Shown: positions 10,826-19,300 of the stretch, piece after piece
How the letters are laid out: each line of letters opens with the position of its first letter
How positions within the stretch are numbered: the first letter of the stretch is position 1
Assembly: GCA_019244185.1 (NCBI GenBank)
Contig: JAFATB010000006.1
Location: 480,001 to 544,000, forward strand
DNA length: 64,000 bases
Reading direction: 5' to 3'
Source: Acidobacteriota bacterium
Lineage (GTDB): Bacteria; Acidobacteriota; Thermoanaerobaculia; Gp7-AA8
Notes under the pieces: generated by a model
Database searches by the model: none
What the model saw: the letters and a program-made list of their open reading frames with translations, nothing else
What the model was told of the DNA's origin: nothing
Translations under genes and position numbers: made by a program

Positions 10826-11496
10826 TGCAACGTCCGCCGCAACGCGCGCCGGCGAAGTCGTTCGATCGGCGGCTGCTCATTCCCGCGTCGCTGTTCCTCA
10901 TCCTCGCGGTCTGGGTCTTCTGGCCGTCGCGCTACGCGCGCGTGAAGAACCTCGACTCGCGCGGCACGAGCATCATCGCGTACGGCGACTCGCTCACCGC
11001 CGGCTACGGCGCGAACGCGGGCGAGGACTATCCGTCGCAGCTCGCGAAGCGCCTTGGTGTTGACGTCGTGAACGCGGGCGTCAGCGGCGACACCACGGAG
11101 AGCGCGCTCGCGCGCATCGACGCCGACGTGCTCGCGCGCAGTCCGCGCATCGTGATCGTCGGCCTCGGCGGCAACGACTTCCTGCAAAGCGTGCCGATCG
11201 CGCGCACGGAAGCGAACCTGCGCACGATCATCGAGCGCATTCACGGCGCCGGCGCGATGGTCGTGCTCGTCGGCTTCCGCTTCCCGAGTCTCAACGCCGA
11301 CTACGAGGGGATGTACGCGAAGCTCGCGCGCGACGAAGGATGCCTGTTCGTCGGCAACGTGCTCGCCGGCATCCTCACCGATCCCTCGCTGAAGAGCGAC
11401 GAGATCCATCCGAACGCGCGCGGTTACGCGCTGATGGCCGAGCGCATCGCGCCGCCGCTCGCGAAGCTCATCGCCAAAGCCAACGCGAAGCGCTAA
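10825..11496 (+). CDS. SGNH/GDSL esterase (TesA/arylesterase-like), membrane-anchored
   Basis: GDSL, NAGVSGDT, GGND, DEIHPN, with an N-terminal hydrophobic segment. Confidence 0.9.
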   Translation: MQRPPQRAPAKSFDRRLLIPASLFLILAVWVFWPSRYARVKNLDSRGTSIIAYGDSLTAGYGANAGEDYPSQLAKRLGVDVVNAGVSGDTTESALARIDADVLARSPRIVIVGLGGNDFLQSVPIARTEANLRTIIERIHGAGAMVVLVGFRFPSLNADYEGMYAKLARDEGCLFVGNVLAGILTDPSLKSDEIHPNARGYALMAERIAPPLAKLIAKANAKR

Positions 11497-11506
11497 CGCC
11501 CAGGCG

Positions 11507-12115
11507 CTAACGCGCGCGAGCCGGCGCCGCGTCGGTCTTCTTCACCATCACCGAGAACTTCCAGTCGCCCTTCTCCCAATGAAAGGCGATCTGCGACGCG
11601 AACGGATGGCGCAGCGGCTTGTCGATCTTCGTCTCGAACAGCGGATACAGCCACGTCGCGTGGTCGTAGTGCCAGATGAGCTCCGCGGAGCCGACGGTCG
11701 GCTCAGTTGGATGGCGCACGAAGTCGCGCAGGCCGTCGTAGACCTTCTCGCAGATCTTCCCGCGGTAGACCGGGCCGCGCAGACTCGGCGCCGTGCCGAG
11801 GATCGGGAAGCCCTTCGCGGTGACCTTGGCGATGTAGGTCGCGGACTGTTCGTCGGGATGCGCCTCGCCCACGACGACGAGTCCCGCGCGCTCGAGGTTG
11901 TGCAGCGTGCGCAGCGCTTTTTCGTCGTAGTCGTCCTTCGGCGACTGCGGCGTCCACCACACTTTCTGCGGCACTTCCGCGTAGACCGGCTCGCGTTGCA
12001 CGGAGCGGTCGCCGATGATTTCCTGCGCCTTCGCGGCGGTCAGCGGCTCCGGTTTGGCGCACGCGAACGCGAGCAGTGCGGCGGCCGCGACCGTGGCGAT
12101 TCCTTGACTCGTCAT
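11507..12115 (-). CDS. Hypothetical lipoprotein
   Basis: Signal peptide with lipobox-like LAFAC and host-like codon usage. Confidence 0.7.
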   Translation of the reverse strand: MTSQGIATVAAAALLAFACAKPEPLTAAKAQEIIGDRSVQREPVYAEVPQKVWWTPQSPKDDYDEKALRTLHNLERAGLVVVGEAHPDEQSATYIAKVTAKGFPILGTAPSLRGPVYRGKICEKVYDGLRDFVRHPTEPTVGSAELIWHYDHATWLYPLFETKIDKPLRHPFASQIAFHWEKGDWKFSVMVKKTDAAPARAR

Positions 12116-12141
12116 GCTGCGCATGTTATCTGCCCCACCGT

Positions 12142-14661
12142 TTGACCAATCGGATTCTCGACGCGCTCGCCAAGCTCTGCCTCCGGCACAGCAAAGCCAT
12201 CCTGATCGCCGCGGCGCTCCTGGGCCTGCTGGCCGTCGCCGGCGCCTCGCGCCTGCATTTCGATCCCGACCTGCTCAACCTCATCCCGCAGAACAACAAG
12301 CAGGTGAATGATTTTCGCCGCGTGCTCCGCGACCTCGGCACGCTCGACAATCACGTGATCGTGATGCAGATGCCGAAAGGCGTCGACGTCCACACCTACG
12401 ATCCGCTCATCGAATCGATCGCGAACGGCTACCGCCACAGCACGCGCATCGAGGAAGTGCAGTACCACATCCCGAATCCGCTCGACTTCATCGACCTGCT
12501 GCTGCCGCGCGCGCTACTGTTCCTCGCGCCCGAGCAGCTCGACAGCGTGGCGCAGAAGCTCTCCGACGCCGGCATTCACGAAGCCGTCGCGCGCAACCGC
12601 ACGCTGCTGCAGACGCCGCAGTCGATGGCGCTCAAGCAGCTCATCCAGTACGACCCGTTCAACCTCGCCACGATCTTCCTCGAGAAGATCAACAACGCCA
12701 GCGGCGGCTTCCGCATCGACGCGGCCAGCGGCTACTACCTCTCGGCCGATCACACGATGCTGCTGATGCTGATCAAGCCGAAGCGGCCGGCGCAGGACGT
12801 GCCGTTCGCGAAGCAGCTCCTCGCCGAAGGCGCGATCATCGAGGCGCGCGCGCTCAAGGAGTTCGAACAGTCGACCGGCGCGAAAGTGCCGCTGCCGAAG
12901 ATCGAGCACACCGGCGGCTATCAGATCGCGGCAGGCGACGCGGACCTCATCCGCGGCGACATCATCATCAACGTCGTCGGCTCGTTCTTCGGCGTGCTCG
13001 CGCTGTTCCTCTACGCGTTCCGCCGCCCCGCCGCGATCATGTACGGCGCGCTGCCGATGGCCCTCGGCCTTGGCCTCACGTTCGGCGTCGCGGGCGTGGT
13101 GTACGGGCAGCTGTCGTCGGCGAGCGCGGGATTCGCGGCGCTGCTCGCGGGACTCGGCATCGACTTCATCACCGTCATCTACGGCCGCTACGTCGATGAG
13201 CGCAACCGCGGCGCGACGATGCCGCACGGGCTCATCACAGCGATCCGCACGACGCTGCCGGGCGTGTTCGTTGCCGCGATCACGACGGCCGCGACGTTCT
13301 TCGCGTTCCTCGCGACCGACTTCCGCGGGATGACGCAGCTCGGCTTCCTCACCGGCACCGGCATCCTCTTCTTCCTGGCCTGCACGGCGCTGCTGCTGCC
13401 CGCGCTCATCGTGCGCGGCGAACGGCGCGAGGGAAAGCGCGCGCCGAAGCTCTACCTCCATTCGTTCGGCTCCGGCACGCTCATCGACCGCTCGCTCGAA
13501 CGGCCGAAGCTGACGCTCGCGATCTGGCTCGTGTTCATCGCGTTCTGCTGCGTCGCCGCGACGCGCCTGCGCTTCAGCGACAACATCCAGGACCTGCGCG
13601 CGAAGGGCAACGAAGGCGTTCTCAATCAGGAGAAGGTGACGAAGAAGTTCGGCCAGTCCTTCGAGTTCATGATGTACGTGATCGAAGGGAAGTCGCTCGA
13701 CGACGTCCTCGCGCGCACGCACCGCGCGGCCGCGGAGATCAAGCCGCTCGTCGCCGATCACACGATCGCGTCATATCAGTCGATCGCGACGTTCGTCCCG
13801 CCGCGCGATCAGCAGCTGGCCGTCATCCGCACGCTCGAGGCGGGGCGCAACGACCGCTTCAACTTCGCGCGCATCGACGCGACGTTCCGCCGCGAGCTCG
13901 CCGCCGCGGGCTTCCGTCCCGAGGCATATAACGACTACATGAGACTCTTCGCGCAGACGATTGCGCCGAAAGAGCCGATCACGATCGACACGCTGAGCGA
14001 TCCCGATCTGACCGCGTTCACGTCGCGTTTCGTGAAGAAGGTGCCGAACGGCTGGATGTCGGTGACGTATCTCTATCCCGCGGGCGGCAAGTGGCCGCGT
14101 GAGGTGCCGCCGAAACTGCTCGCGCTGACGCAGCGGCATCCCGACGAGATCCTGACCGGTATCAACCTCGTCAGCGGCACGCTGCGCCGCATCGTGAAAG
14201 CGGACGCCATGCGCTCGACGGTCATCGGCTTCGCCGCCGTGATCGTGATCATGGTGCTGGCATTCCGCAAGCCGGTGACGGCGCTGCTGACGTTCGTGCC
14301 GTTCGTCGCAGGCGCGGCGGCGATGGCGGGACTCATGGCCGTCGCCGGACTCGAGTTCAACTTCATGAACATCTTCGTCGGGCTGATGATCATCGGCGTC
14401 GGCACCGACTACGCCGTCTACATCCTGCAGCGTTACCACGAAGACCCCGCGCACTTCCCGCACGCGGTGCACGAGACCGGCAAGGCCGTGGTCATGGCCG
14501 CGCTGACGGCAATCGTCGGCTACGGCTCGTTCGCGCTGTCGCACTATCCGGGACTGCGGTCGATTGGGTATGCTTCGTTCTTTGGAATTTTCTTCGGCGG
14601 GCTGGCCGCGATCACGCTGCTGCCCGCGATTCTGATCCTGCTACGGAGAGAGAGCGCATGA
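12142..14661 (+). CDS. MMPL/RND family lipid transporter
   Basis: Two halves, each 1 TM + periplasmic domain + 5 TM. GLGIDF and GVGTDY motifs. TTG start is uncertain. Confidence 0.85.
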   Translation: MTNRILDALAKLCLRHSKAILIAAALLGLLAVAGASRLHFDPDLLNLIPQNNKQVNDFRRVLRDLGTLDNHVIVMQMPKGVDVHTYDPLIESIANGYRHSTRIEEVQYHIPNPLDFIDLLLPRALLFLAPEQLDSVAQKLSDAGIHEAVARNRTLLQTPQSMALKQLIQYDPFNLATIFLEKINNASGGFRIDAASGYYLSADHTMLLMLIKPKRPAQDVPFAKQLLAEGAIIEARALKEFEQSTGAKVPLPKIEHTGGYQIAAGDADLIRGDIIINVVGSFFGVLALFLYAFRRPAAIMYGALPMALGLGLTFGVAGVVYGQLSSASAGFAALLAGLGIDFITVIYGRYVDERNRGATMPHGLITAIRTTLPGVFVAAITTAATFFAFLATDFRGMTQLGFLTGTGILFFLACTALLLPALIVRGERREGKRAPKLYLHSFGSGTLIDRSLERPKLTLAIWLVFIAFCCVAATRLRFSDNIQDLRAKGNEGVLNQEKVTKKFGQSFEFMMYVIEGKSLDDVLARTHRAAAEIKPLVADHTIASYQSIATFVPPRDQQLAVIRTLEAGRNDRFNFARIDATFRRELAAAGFRPEAYNDYMRLFAQTIAPKEPITIDTLSDPDLTAFTSRFVKKVPNGWMSVTYLYPAGGKWPREVPPKLLALTQRHPDEILTGINLVSGTLRRIVKADAMRSTVIGFAAVIVIMVLAFRKPVTALLTFVPFVAGAAAMAGLMAVAGLEFNFMNIFVGLMIIGVGTDYAVYILQRYHEDPAHFPHAVHETGKAVVMAALTAIVGYGSFALSHYPGLRSIGYASFFGIFFGGLAAITLLPAILILLRRESA

Positions 14662-15236
14662 GCGAGAAAGCGATGACCATCCCCGCCGCCGTCGACGAGC
14701 GGATCCGCGGGCGCGTGGCCGCGAACATGCTGTTGGTGGTAACCGCGAGCGCCCTGATCGCGCTCGCGGCGCAGGTGGCCATTCCGCTGCCGTTCACGCC
14801 CGTGCCGCTGACCTTGCAGCCGCTTGCCGTGATCTTCCTCGGCGCCGCCCTCGGCGCGCGCCGCGGCGCCGCCGCCGCAGCGCTCTATCTGCTCGAAGGC
14901 TTCAGCGGCCTCCCCGTCTTCGCCCAAGGCCACGGCGGCCCGCTCTGGCTCGTCGGCCCGACGGCGGGCTACCTCTATTCGTACCCGTTCGCCGCCTGGC
15001 TCTCCGGCTTCGTCTCCGAGCGCGGCTGGGGCAGCACCATCTCCCGCGCCGTCACCGGCATGCTCCTCGCCCTCGCCGTCATCTACACCGGCGGCTGGTC
15101 CTGGCTGGCGATGCTCACCGGCGCGCGTAATGCGTTCTCAGGCGGCGTCGCGCCGTTCATCGTGGCCGACATCGTCAAGGTGGCCATCGGGGCGGCGCTG
15201 TTGCCGAAGGCGCAGCGGGTGGTGGGGCGGGTGTAA
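14658..15236 (+). CDS. bioY: Biotin transporter BioY
   Basis: PFTPVPLTLQ, GLPVF, GPTAGYL, PFIVAD. Confidence 0.93.
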   Translation: MSEKAMTIPAAVDERIRGRVAANMLLVVTASALIALAAQVAIPLPFTPVPLTLQPLAVIFLGAALGARRGAAAAALYLLEGFSGLPVFAQGHGGPLWLVGPTAGYLYSYPFAAWLSGFVSERGWGSTISRAVTGMLLALAVIYTGGWSWLAMLTGARNAFSGGVAPFIVADIVKVAIGAALLPKAQRVVGRV

Positions 15237-15272
15237 GCGTGCAGCGCGCGGCGTGCGCGCTAGCATGCAACG

Positions 15273-15660
15273 TCAGTCGTTCTGGTCGTCCGTACATGGA
15301 TAAAAAGTAATCGCAATCGTCGCCGGCCGCATCGGTAAGCTGTCGACTGACGTGAGTGGTATGTCTACCGAAGCTGTTGCATTAGACGTGAACAACGCGA
15401 CATCGAGGTAGACACTGATGCCTTGGGCCGCGAGATTTGAATTGCTGCATTCAAGCCTTGCACTGATTGTCGCTCTGCTGACTTAGGTCGTTGTGTGGCT
15501 CGGCGAACGAAATCAGAAGACGCGACTGGCTAAACACCTTCCGCCCGGACCTTCTTGCAGTGATCAACCAACCCCTTAAACCCCTCACACCCGCGATTCG
15601 TTGTAAGTCCAGCAGACTCAGATCTGAACTTACCAAGTCAAGCGAGACAAGATTACGGAG
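15273..15660 (-). pseudogene. Frameshifted remnant resembling a DUF4279-like/immunity-type gene
   Basis: Two frames join near 15470: VSLDLVSSDLSLLDLQRIAGVRG...SQSRLL and then NLAAQGISVYLDVALF...IAITFYPCTDDQND*. AT-richer and no start codon. Confidence 0.35.
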
Positions 15661-15665
15661 GCGAC

Positions 15666-15778
15666 CGTCTGCGTCAGTGAGGTGCCAGACGATCGGTGAA
15701 GGTATATCGCGGGCTACGCGACGCGCAGCGTGGGCCGTCGAGTTGGGCGATCGCGCGGCCCTCTTACCAGACGATGTG
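15666..15778 (-). pseudogene. Decayed orphan Rhs core fragment
   Basis: HIVW*EGRAIAQLD...RYTFTDRL/GTSLTQT matches YIWFGSEPVAQ...RYTFTDHLGTPLLQT of the intact Rhs. Has an internal stop and a frameshift. Confidence 0.7.
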
Positions 15779-15797
15779 ACAGCGGGCGTCGCGTACG

Positions 15798-16349
15798 CTA
15801 TTTCCACCGAGCCAACGCCGCGCGTGCTTCCGCCCGCACGTGCGGCGAACGGTCGTTCTCTAACGACTGCACACGCGCGCGTGCGCGGGCTTTCAATCGC
15901 GTGTCAGTGGTGCGCCGCGCGAGATTTCTTAACGCATCGGGGAGTACTGCTCTGGCCTGATCGTCAGACGATTCAACAAATCGCTCGAGAGCATCAAGTG
16001 CACCTCCATCAGTGAAGCATTCGGCGAAGAGAACGCCAATCATGAATGACCACATCCAGTGTTCTGACCGCCCGAACTCCCTTTCCGCCGCGACGCGCAC
16101 ATGCTCGCGCGCATCCGTGGATAAGTACTCCCAGTTATCGTCGAAATGTTTCCAGAGCAACCACGACGGCTCCCATGCTCGCGCGGCGTCAGTCGTGAGT
16201 ACCTGCAAAGCCGCTTTCAAGGTCCCGGTATCGTACTCGCCTCTTCTAAGCACGACGCTGCCTAGCTGAAAAAGCGCGCTTTCTAGTCCGTGCTGGTCTG
16301 ACGCAGCGACTGCACTCGCGATTTGGTTCAACAGTACAGTGTCTGTCAT
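15798..16349 (-). CDS. Putative immunity protein (HEAT-repeat-like)
   Basis: Starts 7 nt after the Rhs stop. All-helical look with DRSPHVRAEARAAL HEAT-like motif. Confidence 0.65.
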   Translation of the reverse strand: MTDTVLLNQIASAVAASDQHGLESALFQLGSVVLRRGEYDTGTLKAALQVLTTDAARAWEPSWLLWKHFDDNWEYLSTDAREHVRVAAEREFGRSEHWMWSFMIGVLFAECFTDGGALDALERFVESSDDQARAVLPDALRNLARRTTDTRLKARARARVQSLENDRSPHVRAEARAALARWK

Positions 16350-16356
16350 TGATTCG

Positions 16357-19300
16357 TCAGGGAACGGGAACCAGGTTGCGCGGAGGGTACAGCCGACTCA
16401 GTTCTGAGAATACGAGGTAAGCAGCGAGCGCAGCGCCGGTCAAGCCCGTTGCGCGTTCCCAATAGGTACGACTAAAGAACTTTCCGAAGCCGTCGCCTGT
16501 CGGCGCTCCTGATGGAGGATCACAACTGCAGTTTGCGAGATATTCGGCTTTTCGCGCGGCGAGTTGCGCCTTATCAGTGTCAATTAATCGGCGATGACCG
16601 CGCCGGCTCAACCGCGGCAACTTGTCATCCCCCAGAGCCGCCTCCGGTAACCCGAGCGGATCCTCGTCCAACTCTCCGACACGTTCATCAATCTTCTTTT
16701 GCAAGTTCTCAATCGTCCGAAGCAGGCGACGACAATATTCGGAACTCTTCGGAAGAAGTCCGAACGCATCGAATTCGTTCGTGGGATTAGCTTCGACGTA
16801 TGAGTAACTATTGACGCCACCTGCAACTCCAATCGGATCCGCCTGCGTATACCGCCCCCACCCCGCACGATACCACCGGAAGATGTTGTACGACAGCTCT
16901 CCTCCGCCTGCCGGAGTCTCCTCCTGACCGGGGAGCCGCAGGATCTGGGGGTCGGTCATGTCGCCCGTACGATAGGAAAAGATCGCACCATAGGGCTCGT
17001 ACTCGGCGCGCCAAACGATGGCGGCGGTGGGATCGGTCTGCAGGAGCGGCGTGCCGAGGTGATCGGTGAAGGTGTAGCGGAGGGGGACACTCGCGTCGGT
17101 CGACGCCTGCGCAACCGGTTCGCTGCCGAACCAGATGTAGTCGGTCTCAGGAATCGGGTCGCCGAGGTCGAGCATTGGCGGCTCGAGGCGCACCAGAAGG
17201 TGCAGGTCGGGGGAGTAGACGAAGAGACGCGTGGTTTCGGGATCGCCGACACCTGGGGCGGAGGTATCTGTTACGCGTACGCCGCGGCCGTCGTAGGCAA
17301 AATCGGCGTACGGCTGCGGGAACTGTGAAATAACGCGAGGCGTTCCGGCGAAAAGGTTACGCGCACTGTAGTGGCCATGCGAAGTCTCGTTCCCGGCGGC
17401 GTCTACTGAGACGGTCTGGGTGCCCGTGCTCACCACTGACTGCAAACGCGGAGTGCTGCCAGAGTAGAAGAAACTGAGCGAACGGCTACCCAGTTGCGAT
17501 GACGTCATATTACCCATCGCGTCGTACGTGTAGCTGCCGGTTCCCCACAAGGACGCGCCACTGTTCGCAGTGACGAGCCGATTGAGATCGTCGTAGGCGA
17601 AGTCGCGATCGTAAGCCGCATCCGTGGCATCGTGGATCTCGGTGATGTTGCCGACAGCATCTTCGGCGTACGTGTAATCGGCGATCGTGCCTGACGGGCC
17701 GGACAGGCTGTTCTCCTGCGGCTGATAGCGCGCATTGAAGGCGCTGGTTTTCGTTGTCCCGTTGCCGTACACGACTTCAGTCGCGGGGCCGAACGGTAGA
17801 TAGGAGGCGGAGGTCACGACCGGCGTGGTATCCGCGGTCGCGGACACTGGACGCCGCGCAAAGTCGTATGCATACGTCACCGTACGGCCTGCGGGATAGA
17901 CGATCGAACTGCGATTCCCGGCGGCATCGTAGGCATACAGAGTCGAGAAAACCTTGGTCTCGGCGACCGGAAGTCCGCGCCGCTCGTAGCAATACGTCGT
18001 ATCGCCGGTCGGATCGCTCATCGTCGTGAGACGTCCGATTCCGTTGCCAGCGCTACAGAGATCCTGGTCGTACGTGTAGGTCACCGTCTCCGTATCGAGG
18101 CCGGTGCGGCTCGACTCGGCGGTGAGGAGGCGGCCGAGCGCGTCGTACGTCCGTGACGTCGTTGCGCCGTTTGCGTCCGTCGTGGACGTGACATTCCCCG
18201 CCTTGTCGTAAGCGTAGGTGGTGATTCCCGTCACGGGACTGGTCTGCGTGCGCATTTCGCCGAAGTCGTCGTAGGCGTACGACGTCACGTTGCCGTTCGG
18301 ATCGGTGACGCCGCTCAGATTGCCCTGAACGTCGTAACTGTAGCTCGTTTCGATCTCGCCGTTCGGCGCCGTGGCCAGCGTCTGGCGTACCGATGCCAGA
18401 CGACCTGCAGGATCATACGCGTAGAACGTGTTCGGGCTGTTATGGTTTTCGTCCTGAATGCTCACGACGCGGTTGTCCGCGTCATATGCGTACGCGATGG
18501 CGGCCCCGCCCGGATGCGTGATGCTGCTCAGCCGTCCGTCGCCGTCGTAGGCGTAACTCTCACGACGTTTCTCGACCCACGTGCTGTCTTCCGAAGCGAG
18601 ATAGCGTTCGAGGTTCTTCTTGCCGCTGCCGGAATCGTAGGTCGTGAGGATCTCCTCGCGCAGATCATTCTCGGCCGGCCCGCGCGCAACGCTTTCGACG
18701 CGTCCGCGGGAGTCGTATCCGTACACGGTGACGCCTTGTCCCGCGGGCAGCAACGAGTGAAGCGGCCCGTAGCCGTCGAACGCGCGCACGGTCGTCAGGT
18801 CGGTCGCGCAGAGCGGATCGCTCGTCGTGGAGCAACCGCTGACGCCCTCGAGCGTCGAGGTGATGACGCGCCCGATTTCGTCGGCCGTGGCGGTCGTGAC
18901 GACGCCGTTCGGATCGACCATCCGCAGCACGTTGCCGAAGTCGTCGTAGCTCTCGAGTCGCGTGATGTGTCCTGCAGCGTCACGAACCGCGGCGAGCCGT
19001 CCGCGCAGCTCCGACGGAACCGCGGAGTCGTTCGGGTAATACACGAACGTCGTCGTATCGTCGACGTCGGTCCGCGGTCCATTGACGCTCTTCCGCAACC
19101 GCGGCTGCGGCAGCCCGAGCCACGCCGACGCGAACGTGCCGCCGGGATTGAACACCGCGCCCTCGGTGACCGCGTCATACAACGTCGTCGTGGTGGTGCG
19201 CGTCTCCTCTCCCGCCGCCGTACGACCGGTGACCGCGTGCTCCAGCACCGCACCGGACAGGCTGTCATACGTAAAGGTCTCGCGTCGCAATGCGCCCGAG

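Noticed and set aside
15451-16015. ORFs 15451-15807(-) and 15491-16015(+) as intact genes
   Set aside because: Better explained as read-through of pseudogene remnants and as antisense to the immunity gene.
16648-16665. A second, perfect DPLGL motif inside the Rhs tip
   Set aside because: The cleavage position is fixed by the preceding core (YSYVEANPTNEFDAFGL). The later motif lacks that context and is probably coincidental.
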